Program-made: the position numbers and the translations under genes
Assembly: GCF_009914755.1 (NCBI RefSeq)
Contig: NC_060942.1
Length of the DNA: 64,000 bases
Direction: 5' to 3' (one strand)
From: the human T2T-CHM13v2.0 reference genome, Homo sapiens
Shown: positions 29,821 through 44,807 of the stretch, one piece after another
Numbering within the stretch: position 1 is the first letter of the stretch
Layout: each line of letters starts with the position of its first letter
The notes under the pieces: generated by a model
Database searches by the model: none
The model's input: only the letters and a program-made list of their open reading frames with translations
Told to the model about the DNA's origin: nothing

Positions 29821-30286
29821 TTCCCATTTCCTTCACAGATTAAGAAGTCAGCTGTAAAGAACTAAGTAAGGGGTTGCCAAGAATACCATACACCCACCTT
29901 CAGAAGTACACATGGTCTTTATCCTTCTGACCTGTAAACATAGAAAGTTACTGATCACCCAGTGTTGATTGTGCAGAGCATCCTCATTGCACTCAGAACA
30001 AGAGACTCTTGATTGCAGAAACAGCAACTAGCAAAAGCTCTGCTGAAGACACTGTGCCTTCCTAGATGTAAAGATATCATAGAACTTCCCCTTTCAAAAA
30101 TTATTTTCCAGTTTGTCTGCCCACATTCATGGAAGTGTTTAATCTCACTTTCGTTATGAACTTGGATAAATAATTGATTGGGATAATGAGTGAGTGCTAC
30201 GCTCACATTCCTCAAAGCAGATTTCATCATGCATACCAGGGTCCTGAGAGACACAGATAGAAGCAAACATCAATTTCTTGTCATAC

Positions 30287-30334
30287 CCTGCACACTTTAA
30301 TGCATACCTGCACACTTTAATGCATACCTGCACA
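30287..30334 (+). repeat. 20 bp tandem repeat (~2.4 copies)
   Basis: Unit cctgcacactttaatgcata. Confidence 0.9.
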
Positions 30335-31049
30335 GAATTTCTCTAATTCACAAGTCAAGGAATACACCACATATTGAACTACAGCAATGCATAATGCCTA
30401 TTACACAATTAATATAGTAGTGCCTACCCCAAAGAACCTTTTGATGTTGCTGACATGTCCACAGTGATTACATTCGTTCCTCCTCCATGTCAGAGGTTAC
30501 AGCTGTAATTTCCTGCTTTTAGAAGATTATAAATTTTCTTATCTCATACTATGGCAAGATAGTATCTTTTTGTATCCTCCCCAAGCCTTGCCTTTATTTC
30601 TCAACACTCCAATATTAATATAAGGATTACTGAGGCATGTGCACATACCCTCATGCTGGTGTACAGACCCTTTAGAATCTCTCCATATCAATCTTAACTG
30701 CTAAAAGAAACCCACACCACCTAATTTACCACAATCAGTTTAAATATTCTAATGGCTGCATGAAGAATCAGTTGTACCGATCTGTAAAAACGTATTTTAA
30801 ATTTTTGGAATAGCTCAAGCAATTTTTTTTATAGAAGCCAGGTTCCAAAATTAAGGACTCATCGGAATGGTTAATGTATAAATATCAGTGATCTGATAAA
30901 AATTCATTTTAAATAAAGGTCAGCTTCTAAGGGCTTGGATCTGGAGAGGGAAAATGAATCCTAAGAAAAAAATATTAATTGGAAAATAACATCAAATTTT
31001 ATGAAATCTGGAAACTTCAGACAATTGCATAGTAAATTGACCAAAAACA

Positions 31050-31215
31050 GAGCTTCTATTTTTTCACTAACTAGCTAGGTGACCTGAGTACATTATTTTA
31101 TCTCTCCAAGTCCTAGTTACCCTGACAACAAAAGAGAAATTATGACATTATTTACTTCATAAACTTGCCATGAAGATTGAATGAGCTAATGTGTGTTGAA
31201 CTACTTAAGTGACAA
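31050..31215 (+). mobile_element. MIR SINE, degraded
   Basis: cactaactagctaggtgacctgagtac...gaagattgaatgagctaatgtg. Confidence 0.6.
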
Positions 31216-31759
31216 GGGCAAATGCATTCTTCGATGAGTTATCCCATGTTTCTCCTTCCCAATCCTTTAAAGGAAAAGGGATTTTTCTTTTTTCTTTTCT
31301 TTCTTTCACTTTGCTTTCTTTTCATTGCATTTCTTTAATTTACCCTTTAAAGAATTCTAGCATTGCTTACTCCATTCTCAGGCTTTTGTGATATAGATTC
31401 AGAATAGTGGTGGGGGCCATGGGGTGGAGAGTAACAATGCCAGAGAGAAATAAAAGAGAAATAAAGAAACAAACCCTGAAAAACCTCAGGGAGAGTGAGA
31501 AGCAGTTGTCTGAGAGACATCAAAGCAATCATGTATTGCATATTTTAGGAGAAGAAAAGGCTTTTGAGTTGTATTGAGATCTATGTTGCTGTGGGTTAAC
31601 GATTGAAAACCCTTTAATGCTCTTCAAGAAATGCAAATAAATATTGGCATTTCCTTTTAACCACTTTCACTTGATGGACAGTGCTTCTTCGACTGTGACT
31701 CTGTGCAGATTCTGAGTCACATGGGACTTCAGCTTAAGTTACTACCATAGTGACAACAG

Positions 31760-31797
31760 TGATGATGATGAAAACGATGATGATGATGATGATGATG
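31760..31797 (+). repeat. (GAT)n microsatellite
   Basis: Directly visible. Confidence 0.9.
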
Positions 31798-31985
31798 TAT
31801 GATCTTCCTGTACACAAGTGTGTCGGGGAGCCATCATTACTAATTTTCCATAGAAACAGGCTACTGGTTTTGGTTAAAGTATACTCAAAGGAGACAGCAT
31901 TAAAAAAAAATTCTGCATTCCAAATGGCAAATTGATACTATCTCTCTGAGGAATTATAAGCAAAATTGTAAAATTTGTAATTTAA

Positions 31986-32371
<386 letters not shown>

Positions 32372-32645
32372 TCCTCAAACATTTTGATATAAAAGAAACC
32401 ACACCAGAAATAGAAAATAGGTAAAACCAAAATCAGATTAAGAACAGCTTGTGGTAATTAACATTTAACAAGAAAAAAACCTTTGATTTTCCATTTCTAC
32501 CTGCATAAAATAAAGAAAGGAGTTAAGGATCATCTGTTCCAAAAAGCACTAACATCCCTGAAAGTTGTCTTTGAGATAGAAATGGTGAAGTAAAAAACAG
32601 AGCTGAGTAGTCAGAGCTCTGAAGGCTTCACCTGAGCTCCAATTA

Positions 32646-33021
<376 letters not shown>

Positions 33022-33533
33022 TTAAAAGGAATTCTTCAGTTGAAAATTGTTTTATATTAAATGAGCAGGTCTACTTCTTGCTAACTCCTAAGTGCCTCCA
33101 GATGTAATATTTTAAATATTTTAAATATTGCTCAAAACAATATTTTCCATTTAAAATCTGTACAATTGTGTTCAACCAGTAATTCATTCTTAATGTTTTC
33201 ATGATGTAATTTTACTAAACAATAGCATTTTATTAGAAAGGCCATTTTTAATAAATTAAGTATTCAACTCTAGAATTTAAAAAAGAAAAAGCAAAACAAA
33301 CTCAATGAAATCAATAGATTAAAAAAATGAATTACTGTGACAAAGGTAAAATCTTAAGCACAGTGCCCAATACAGAATAAGCAATCATATACTTTAGCTG
33401 GAGAAAAAATAAAAGGTTGATTAATAATTTAGAAAGCAGAAAAAATTATAATAATTAATAAACCAAGAACTTAATAATTGGAGTGTATGAGGTGAAGAGA
33501 GGTGGAGCAGGAGACAGTAAAACAGACCAAACA

Positions 33534-33709
33534 GGCCTGCCAGGTGTGGTGCCACACACCTTCGATCCCAGCACTTTGAGAGGCAAAGGTGGAAGGATCA
33601 CTTAAGCCCAGGTGCCCAGGAGGCTGCAGTGAGCTATGTTCATGCCAATGTACTCCAGCCTGAGTGAAAGAGCGAGACTTTGTCTCTGGAAAGAAAAAAC
33701 AAAAACAAG
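33534..33709 (+). mobile_element. Alu monomer (FRAM/FAM-like)
   Basis: Single-arm Alu with tail; TSD ACAGACCAAACA. Confidence 0.8.
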
Positions 33710-33819
33710 ACAGACCAAACATTATCAAATCTGATTAAGGAAGAATAAAATCACAACCCAAACAAATATACTAGAAATAAAAGAATACACAAGTGATATA
33801 AAAGATAAATCAAAAAAGT

Positions 33820-33958
33820 AATCCAGAGATAGTGGCACTTGCCTACACTCCCAGCTACTGAGGAGGCTGAGGTGAGAGGATTGCTTGAACCCCGGAGTTT
33901 AAGTTCAGCCTGGGCAACGTAGCAAGATGCCGTCTATTGAAAAAAGAAAAAGAAAAAA
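33820..33958 (+). mobile_element. FLAM_A-like Alu monomer
   Basis: cccagctactgaggaggctgaggtgagaggattgcttgaacc...cagcctgggcaacgtagcaagatgcc plus an A tail. Confidence 0.8.
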
Positions 33959-34785
33959 TATATTGTGTACATGTTTTCAAGTGAAGCTAGATTTTATTCT
34001 AACCAGCAAACTTTCCCAATTTCTATCCCACTAGATTTATTGTTTTCTTTTTTCACATATTAAATTATTCTCTATGATAGGGATAGTTTTCAAGTGATTC
34101 ATTCTGTTTAGAATATATACCAAACTTTTTCTAAAAAAAAAATTCTTGTCCCACACTGGTTTACTTGTATGTTCTTTCAAGATTTCAGAAGAAAGATAAT
34201 TTCCAAACTGTAAAAGCTACTCAAAGGATATTTAAAATAATGTCATGCCAACACAACCAGCAGCTAGAAGAAAAAAATGTATCAGTAATTAAGGAGTATT
34301 TGGGCAGATCATTTTCTTTCTTTCCTTGAACTCCTTGGATTTACAATTTTAAAAGTCATACGCATCCACTAGCATTTTCTCAGTTCTGCCATTAAGAAAA
34401 TTACCCATTTTAACCAAATAGAAATTAATGTTCACTCTGGCCCTGCTCATGCCAGATCTCAGTGGTATCACTTCCATCAAACAATATATTGCTGCTGAGG
34501 CTGCCTGGCCTTATGATTTGGTGGTTCTGACAGCCCACAGGTCATGATGGGGAGCTCTGGGTCTATGGTCACTAGTCCCAAAGTCAGGCACTCCTTATTC
34601 ACATCTAAGATGGTCAAATAGTACTCCTATTTGAACTATTTTGTAAGTGTAACTCTCTGATGCAAATGACATGGATTGCTGTAGAACTATAGGTGTCTTC
34701 ATCATTATTCTCCTATTTGGCATTTTCTATGAACTCCATACAATGTCTTTTTCCCACCAAAGACACCTCTAACGCTGGATCATAT

Positions 34786-35565
34786 TGTGTCTGGAATTGT
34801 TTTTTTCTGGTGGGTTCTTGGTCTCGCTGACTTCAAGAATGAAGCTGCGGACCCTCGCGGTATTACAGCTCTTAAAGATGGCGTGTCCGGAGTTTGTTCC
34901 TTCAGATGTTCAGATGTGTCCAGAGTTTCTTCCTTCCAGTGGGTTCGTGGTCTTGCAGACTTCAGGAATGAAGCTGCAGACCTTCGCAGTGAGTGTTGCA
35001 TCTCTCAAAGGTGGCACCGCCAGAGTTGTTTGTTCCTCCCAGTGGGTTCGTGGCCTCGATGACTGAAGCCACAGACCCTCATCTGCAGACCGTTGCAGTG
35101 AATGTTACAGCTCTTAAAGATAGTGCAGACCCAGAGTGAGCGACAGCAAGATTTATTGTGAAGAGTGAAAGAACAAAACAACCACAGTGTGGAAGGGGAC
35201 CCTAGTGGGTTGCCACAGCAGGCTCTATGGCCAAATTTTATTCCCTTATTTGGCCCCACCCACATCCTGCTGATTGGTCCATTTTACAGAGTGCTGATTG
35301 GTCCATTTTACAGAGTGCTGATGATTGGTCCATTTTACAGAGTGCTGACTGGTGCCTTCACAATCCTTTAGCTAGGCACAGAGTGCTGATTGGTGCGTTT
35401 TTACAGAGTGCTGATTGGTGCATTTACCATCCTTTAGCTAGCCACAGAGCACTGATTAGTGCGTTTTTACAGAGTGCTGACTGGTGCATTTACAATCCTC
35501 TACCTAGACAGAAATGTTCTCCAAGTACCCACTCCACCCAGAAGCTCAGCTGGCTTCACCTCTCA
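34786..35565 (-). mobile_element. LTR12 (ERV9) solo LTR, short variant
   Basis: Minus strand starts TGAGAGGTGAAGCCAGCTG; tandem CTGATTGG (CCAAT) units at 35270-35485; U5 repeats gaagctgcagaccttcgc; TSD ATAT/ATGT. Confidence 0.92.
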
Positions 35566-35762
35566 ATGTCATCCAAGTAGTAGCATTACTGGTGTTGCAG
35601 CCTGGACCTGACACAGACTTCTTTTCTGCTGTAGACATTACTAAAGCAGGAAGCCGTCCTTTTAACTTACTACATGACTTAAAGGTGTATTTCCAAGTAT
35701 GGAATAATAAGCTACCCCCAGAATGGAAAACAAAAAAAAAAACAAAACAAAAACTCCATCAG

Positions 35763-36113
<351 letters not shown>

Positions 36114-37233
36114 TTATTCTGTAAGAGTATTTCTTGCTATGCTTCAGACCACTGGACTCCTAACAACTTCAGTGATGTATTGAGCCCCTAAATCTTTATT
36201 AGGCTTATTCCCCACTCTATGGAAAGTATGTACATATAATTAAGAAAAGGAAGAAAAATAAAAATAAAAAGCCTGATGAAATAAGTTATATGATCACTTT
36301 TCTTCTATGTCCATATGATATTCCAGAATTAATACATGAATAAATGAATGAAGGAATCACTGCTTCTTATTTATCTGTGCCTGAAGAAAACTTAACTGAT
36401 CAACCATCCTACACTGCTTCATAAAAATGAATTTCTTAAAAAACCAATCAGGACTAATTTAGCAAATCCAAATGTATAAGGTGCTAGAAAATTTTGCTGT
36501 TTAATTTTTCAATATACACCACTCTTCTAAACCTCAAGTATGTAATTAGAAAACCAACTCCTGGTTAATTTGGATATGCCAAATCAACATAAGGAGAGAA
36601 ATCACTGTGCAATTATATTAAAATACAGATTAAAACATTCGGAATGAATCCATCTTTCTGTTATTATTGTTTTCAACATCTTTTAGAGCAGGCTCTGCTA
36701 ATAGTCCTTGCTTTTTGTCTTCCTTTCTTTTACCTTCAGATTGAAAGTATGTTCTTTTTGTGAAAATTATTTGATGTTCAGAAGAATCAAAACACCTTGT
36801 GATGTGACTTTGAAACCCTCTTGAGATCCTCTATGCCACTTTAAGGCAATTCTTCCCATCAACAGGCATTTGAAATCTCTTCCATGCAAATTATTATTTT
36901 TCTTAGTTCACAAATCCAACCTGCAAGTTTAAAAATGGGTTGCACATGTGAAAAATTCCAAGTAAAATCCCCTGATAGAAAGTAATGTGATCAAATAGAA
37001 AGACTGAAGATTCTAGTCATTTTTGATACCCTCATAGACCATGATCTGGAGCAGCATAGTTAACTCTTTGACTACTTTATTGTACGAAGAAAAGAGAAAT
37101 AATTACTTGAATCTACCAACTTGGCATGATAAATAAGATTGTCAGAAGAAATGTTTGTCAAATGCATAACTCAAAAGATGTCCTAAAAATTCATAATTTC
37201 TAGTGTTCTTTTTGTCAAGCCAAGCATGATAGT

Positions 37234-37309
37234 ATCATAGCATCATTTATTTGCTCATGTAACTACTAAGGATCATAGTATCATTTATTTGCTCATGTAA
37301 CTACTAAGG
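37234..37309 (+). repeat. 38 bp tandem duplication
   Basis: atcatag(c/t)atcatttatttgctcatgtaactactaagg x2. Confidence 0.9.
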
Positions 37310-37887
37310 GCTTTAGTGGCATGCAGCTCCAAGCTAATTACCAATAATTTTCATGGATTTGTTTTTTTCCCTCAGAAATCCAGCCTGGGTATGATGAAGA
37401 AGGAGGAGATGTTTTTTGCTCAACCTAAATGTTGAGCTTCTATTCATAGTCTAGTCTAAATGTTGTGCTTCTAGCAAAAAACATCACCAGGTCGCTTCTC
37501 AACAGTATATTCCTACTACTGTCTCCCTTACCAAATTCCACCAATTAAGATTAATTTGGGTGAAAACCTCCACTTTGAGGGTATTAAGTATAGGCTCTAT
37601 TCACTCATTAATGTTAAAAAGCACTACGCTAATTCAAGCTCAATACTTGGGAGTTTTTATTGATGTGAAAAGAAGTAGGAAAATTCATCATGGAGAATAA
37701 ATTACTTCAAGAGGGATGAGTAGACCAGAATGGTGTTGAAAGATTTGAGCACCCGGAAGACACTGAGTGCTTAGAGGATGTGGTGGGGTATGGAAATGGA
37801 AGGGAAAAAAGAGAAGACTGGCTTGCCAATTAAGTGCCCCCATATTCATTTTTAGGCAATCTCACTGGGGGTTTATCTTACCAACCT

Positions 37888-38471
37888 TGTTAGAGTAGGT
37901 AGACAGACAAACATGAGCAGGAAAGGCAGTCTCAGAGGAAGCAAGCTCTGGAAACCTTGCCCCACTAGCAATCAGAAGAAAACAATGTCCACATCTGAAC
38001 TTGGGGTTAAGCTCATCCAGCCCTAGCAGGAAATGACTTCAGTAGGGACTTTTCCCAGTAGCAAGCATGTGCACTTTGATTTGGCTCACCCTAAAAGTAA
38101 CCTTTTGCTCATTAAAATAGTAAAAAACACACCCCTGGGTGAAGATTTAAAATGCTAATGAGACAACTGACATATGTACTGGCATGTACAGCCACAGCAC
38201 AAGCACATCTCAGGGACCACTCAAAACATGCTTGCTAGTAACATCCCTTCATGCCCCTTTCATGAATAATCATGTAAAACTCCCATAAGGGAGCTTCCAC
38301 AGTGATAATTTGGGCTGTCTTATTCTCAAGCAGCCCACTCTGACCCAGATTTCAGGGGGTCCTGTCATTTTAAATAAACTTTACTAATGCTTAACTATCA
38401 CTGCATGTCTCTTGGTTGAGTTCTTTCCTCTCAGAAGATAAGAACCTAGGACCCCACACTTCCGGGTCACA
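37888..38471 (+). mobile_element. ERVL solo LTR (LTR18/LTR47-like)
   Basis: Starts TGTTAGAGTAGGTAG, contains aaaacacacccctgggtgaagatttaaaatgctaatgagac and an AATAAA, and ends in CA. Confidence 0.7.
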
Positions 38472-38939
38472 ATTTCTGATTGGAGTAATTCGAATTTGCG
38501 TAAAAAACAGCAATATTCTGCTTGCCATAATTAATTCTATCCCCCCAGTCCCATGCAGTCTAATTCCAATCCTGTAGTATTCTTTCAGTTCCTTCCTACT
38601 CGCGATAAAAACGAGAAAGGAGAAAATAGAGAAAAGAAAGACAAAAGCTGGTGCCAGTTGCCTGCTGACAAAGGAAAAGTCAGATTCCTGCCTTTGAGAT
38701 CCACTATTTCTTGCTCTATTCCATGAAGAATTCTCCTACTCAAGTCAGCAGCTTGAAACTATTCTCCATAAATGAGTTGGATCTCCAGGATCTACATAAT
38801 TCAGAATAAAGTCACTTATTCTTTTTCAGGTATGGAGAGCTCATTATAAAGTAAAATCAATCTTATACAGAAAAACAGAATGGCCACTGACAGAGGATGA
38901 TAAAAGATGAGTGAGGTTGCAAGGTCAGTGCCTCTGTTT

Positions 38940-39890
38940 GTCACTTAGGGTCCGGGTAGCAGACAGAAACCACACAGTAATCTGAGCAAGAAAAGTTTAA
39001 CGTAGAATTATTAGCATGGAATTGGAATAATGGAAAATTGGCTAGTGAGAGTTAAAGAGGATTCTTAAGAACACAACAGCAACAGATATAAGGGAAAACC
39101 AATGTCCTTAAGACTAGGGAACTCACAGAAGGGCTCCTCCAAGCCTGAAATGCATACCTCTCTGAATACTGGGAAGTCCTTAAGGACCTCACCAGTGGTT
39201 CTTGCTGAAAATCTGCCCTCTAAGGTGCCAAGAGGTTCTGTTGGCCACTGAACACTTCTGGAATCATGCCCTTAGGAGCCCAGTGCAAGAAAAATCCCTT
39301 ACTCTGGTAACTCCTCAGGAAGCCAGAGCTGGAGAAAGCTGTGCTATTGCAAAATTTATGTACCCTGAAGGATCCCAGGGTTAGAGAAAACTACGCTGCT
39401 ACGACAGCTGATCTCTGGAGAAAGCATCTGCAGGAGACCAGCACTAGAGAAACTGCACAGAGGTTAAGGCTGGCAGGTGAATGTACGAAGGGTGTGTCAG
39501 GGAGTGAAAAGCCCAGTCACCAGCAAGGCATCATTGGGAGGTCTTGGGTGCATGGTGTTCATGTAAGGTGGTCACCAGGCTAGAGTCAAGTTGGGACTTT
39601 TCAAAATGATTGTGCAGTCTGGACACACAGCAAGAGTAGAGCATCACTGAATGCACCCCCATCCCAGTATATACACACATACTGCTGATAAATCCATGGA
39701 AAAGCAGCACACCACCAGCCGCAGCAGCAGCTGTGGAACTAGGAAGCTCTCTCTTTCTCCAATCTCCCTCCAGCTCCCTCTACTGGCAAAGCTTGATATT
39801 GTACTTGCTGCAAAGAAATGCTTCATTACAGTGGAGAAGGTAATTGAAGGGTGAATGTGGAGCAGAAGCCATAAATTGGCAACTGTCATA
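38940..39890 (-). mobile_element. Old LTR (LTR78/79-like)
   Basis: ccctccagctccctctactggcaaagcttgatattgt...gtgaatgtggagcagaagccataaattggcaactgtcata resembles this family. Confidence 0.5.
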
Positions 39891-39896
39891 TGGCTA

Positions 39897-40311
<415 letters not shown>

Positions 40312-41477
40312 CTAATATTAGCTTCAGTTTCATTACTTGCAAAATATGTGTTACTCACCTCAATTCACCAATTTAATTTAGCGAATAAAAATGGAAATAT
40401 TAAAACCTCTCATCGTTGGTCACTATCCCCAAAAGCTTTCTTTCTCAGCTATTCAATCCTTATAGTCTAAAGACTGAAGCATTTGATTCTTCTCACTCTG
40501 TAACTCTCTTACTCTTTGCATTCAAGGAATCACCATAATTATCTTAATTTCTGCTGCCAAAAATTTAAAACCTTTGAATCTAACATCATGAATTTTATCA
40601 CCTGGTGCCTGTTTCTTTCTATTGTTACTACTCTAATACATTGTATAATATTGTCACAGTTTAATCTACCTAAAACACTTCTTGTTACATCAAGTTTTAT
40701 TTTAAAAAATAAGTAACCATCTTATGTTTGATCAAATTAAACTTTCTTAGACTTGCATAAAATGTCCCACATTCAGCTGCCTCAAATGACTTTTTTCAAG
40801 CTATTCTGTTAGACAGCCTTTTGGGTTTGTATGCCCAAGAGGCATCTGTCTATAGGGCAGTGCTTTTTTTACTCCTCCTGGCATTGCCACCTTGTCTCCT
40901 AAAGCAAGAAACTGATGCCTCCCCACTCGCCACCATCCAAGAAAAGAATAGTCTCTATCAACTGTCTCATTTATCTTTTTGGTGCTGTTTTTTAAAAGGG
41001 CCTGAAGACACTTGGTTCAGTACCTTCTAGTTGCTCTTTTGTGGAAAGTGTGCCCTCAGGATGCATACATTCTCTGCTCCTCCAGGCAGTAAGTTTATAG
41101 AGGGGTAAAATATCTTTTCTGGTGGGTATATTAATGTACCAAGCAGAAAAGCAGTAAAATGAAGTACATTTGGCTGTAGATCTAAATCATATTCTCCAAT
41201 CCAGCTTTCATGAAATTGAAATTTGGTTTCCATCTGTTTTACTCACATGTTTTATGTTTCATATGATTCCACACTCTGCAGGAAAAGAATAGTGTAACTT
41301 AATTTTCTCCCTAAGCCCCAACCCTGTGCATGCCATGGGACGATGGTAACTTAGAGCTCACACTGGGTCATAAGTGAAAACACGGGTGCCTGAGAGGTTA
41401 AAGGGAATAGTTCAATTTAAAGAATGACTTAGTAGTTCAGATTTCAGAAGTCTTAATGTGATGCTATTGGTAGTAAA

Positions 41478-41670
41478 CCATGGCTCTTTCTACTGGGGAG
41501 TCATTGGAGTCCCTCTGAGAATCCAGTGAAAACAAAGAAAAATCTCTTCTGAAAAATTCATGGTATTACATTAACACATATATTTGAACAATTTCAGGAG
41601 ATTCACAGACTTCCTAAACCCTAAAAACTGACCCTCACCTATTTCATGGATGCTAGGGTAAGGACTTCAA
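41478..41670. mobile_element. hAT-Charlie MITE (MER117-like)
   Basis: ccctctgagaatccagtgaaa...aatttcaggagattcacagac...catggatgctagggtaaggac. Confidence 0.5.
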
Positions 41671-42576
41671 AGTCACTCTTATTATGTTTATTCCTTTTTA
41701 ATTTAAACTTATATTATTCCTCCTCCTCTGATTTTATCTTCCTGCAGATTTCATTTTCTTCCCTATAACGTCCACTGGTTTGGGTTATTTTATCTAAAAT
41801 TTAAAATTATTTATTAATATATTTCTTGCTTCTCAGGTCCATGTTCTAAGTTTATATGGTATTTATCCATAGAAATAACTAATATCCATGCCATGACAGC
41901 ATGATACAGCTATTACAATATGCACAAAATATTACCTCTGAACATGGACTCCTGAAACTAGCATTTGATGTGGTTGAGCTGAGTTGAATGTCGAAAGTGG
42001 AAATGATGCCTTTAAAGCACATACAAATGCAATCAGATATAAATATGAGTAGGTATAATAAATTTGGAGCACTTAGGCTTGGTCAGTATTATCAATATGC
42101 CTAAAATAGAACTGTTGAGGGTTTTAGGTTGAATTCACACATAAAATTGATTAATAGGGAACAGTTGGCATAATTCTAATATTCATTGACTTTCAGATTA
42201 TGCCAATTTTTGTATGGAATTAAACATGCAAATTAAAATTGTTCATATTATGCAACATGAACATAATAGCATCTGTAGTCCTTTTCATATAACAGCCTTT
42301 TAAATGTGAGTTTCATCCGAAGACCTAGGGGATAAGAGATAACACCTTCCAAAGGAAGTGCTAGACCACATGCAGCCTTCATCAAGGAGACCTCTGAAAA
42401 CAGTTGACAAGCCTCATACCCCACCCACATTAATTTTTTTTTTTAATCAGATGTTGGGTGTTGAAATATTTTGTTTTTTTGTTTTTGTGGGGCTTTTTTT
42501 GTTTTTTCTGAGATAGAGGACCTTTGGAAAGATTCTTCCCCTGAAGTTTTTTTTGTGTGAGAACCTCAGTAGTGTT

Positions 42577-42993
42577 CGGTGGTGTGCTGGTAAATGCTAA
42601 CAATCGGCTCTCTGGGAAAGAAGAAAACAGCCTGGGTTTGTTGTGTTTGCCGATTTCCATGGTGTAAATAGTCCCACCATGGCTTGTTTCAGGCTACCAA
42701 TGTGAAGTTCCTGAGTGCATAATTGAAAAGAGGTGTGTAGGTTCTCACCCCGTGTTTCCACCTTACAGGCAAAGGAGTAAATTAGCTCAAGGACATAGAT
42801 AGTAGTAAATAGAGTAAAATCATTAGGAAGCCATGATTTTTTTTAGCATTTATTGCCTTTGTTTTTAATATTTAATTATACGTTTATATAGCTTGATTTT
42901 AATGATGGCTGTGGTTAGCAACTAGTGTAAAATTTCTGAAATTTTGACAACAAACTCTGTGAGTCAATTTTGGCCAGCTCTAGCACGCCCCTG
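42577..42993. mobile_element. MER63-like hAT-Blackjack DNA transposon
   Basis: Terminal inverted repeats cggtggtgtgctgg / ctagcacgcccctg; internal ttgccgatttccatggtgtaaatagtcccaccatgg. Confidence 0.75.
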
Positions 42994-43129
42994 AATTAAG
43001 AGGTGTTGCTCCTCCTGCTGACTCTGGATAAAGCTAGTGCATGAAAAACAAACCCCAAAGTTTTAGCAAAAAATCCAAATGCTTGACAATGTGCCCTGTA
43101 CGTTAAGCCATAAAGAAACTGACACTCTT

Positions 43130-44420
43130 ATCAATTGTCAGTGAGAATGCAAAATGCTGTGACTTTTATGTATGTTTGGCAATACATAATAATACATGCA
43201 TTTGCCCTTTCTTCGACAGTCACACTTACAGGTATCTTCCCTGAAAAGGCAACTCCACAAGTATGAAACATGTGTACAAAGTTATTTACTGAGGCCTTAG
43301 ATATAATAGCAAAATATTGGAAACAACTCAAATGTCAATCAGTAGAGTAGTGGTTAGATAGTCTATGGGACACCCACACAATGAAGTACTATACAGTCAT
43401 GAAAAATGTCTCTTTTTACTGATTTAACTGATCTCCAAGACGGACAGCTCATTTTTTTAAGGTGCAGAATGGTGTATATAGTATGCTAGCCTTCGTGTAA
43501 GAAAAGGAAGAAAATAAGAATATGAATGTGTGTGTTTTCTAACAAGAAATGCTGAAAGAAATAAATAAAAAATTAGGGGCCTTGGTTGAGGGGGATACAA
43601 TGGGGGAAATCAGAACGGAAATGGAACCTTTCTGAGGAACTCTTTTAGAAATATTTTTACTTTGAATCATGTAAATGTTTTATATATTCCAAATACCAAA
43701 TTTAAAGAATTTCAAAAGTAAACTCTAAAACTGGAAATGTATTAAAACAAATGGACCTAACAGATAATATTTTGAACCCCATACTCTGAAAATATATCAT
43801 TTATGGGTATAAGAACGAAACAAAACAAATTGCAAAGAAATCCTAACTTTCGCTCAGTAGTTATATTGTTAAAAGTAATATTACAATTGTAGTTTTCACA
43901 TGTTTAAAGGTATGTTTCTGCTATAGTTTGAATGTTTGCACTCTGTCCAAAATTCATGCTAAAATTTAATACAGTTACAATAGTGTTAAGAGGTGGGTTC
44001 TTTAGGAAATGATTAGTCCATGAAATCTCCATCTTCATGAATGGATCAGTGCCCTTATAAACGAGCTGGAGGGAGCTAGCTAGGCCCTTTTGCACTTCTA
44101 CCCCTCCACCATGTGAGAACACACCCTTGGTCCCCTCCAGGGAGGACACGGCAACAAGGCGCCATCTTGAAAGCAGAGACCAGGTCCTTACCAGACACCA
44201 AATCCGCCAGTGCCCTTGATCTTAGGCTTCCCAGCCTCCAGAACTGTAAGAAATAAATTTCTCTTCTTCATAAATTACCCAGCCTAAGGCATTTTGCTAT
44301 AGTAGCCCGAATGGACTAAGATAGTGGCAAAGTAAGGAAAATAAGAAAACCACTGAATATCACATTTGAATTGGAAATGTCAATACCAATATAAACTTGA
44401 GGCTTTTAAAAATATATTTC
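43130..44420 (+). mobile_element. L1MC/ME 3' region interrupted by an MST LTR
   Basis: aaagttatttactgaggcc...ggaaacaactcaaatgtcaatcagtagag...gtgcagaatggtgtatatagtatgcta. Confidence 0.65.
43919..44323 (+). mobile_element. MST (MSTC/D-like) MaLR LTR
   Basis: tgctatagtttgaatgtt...gccatcttgaaagcagagacc...ggactaagata. Confidence 0.85.
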
Positions 44421-44422
44421 CT

Positions 44423-44807
<385 letters not shown>

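Noticed and set aside
35265-35510. Regularly spaced repeats resembling a CRISPR array
   Set aside because: These are the known U3 tandem CCAAT units of LTR12; there are no unique spacers or cas genes, and the context is eukaryotic.
36700-38840. Isolated polypyrimidine-AG acceptor-like sites (~36739, ~37375, ~38829)
   Set aside because: No matching donors or recognisable coding frame; such sites are common by chance.
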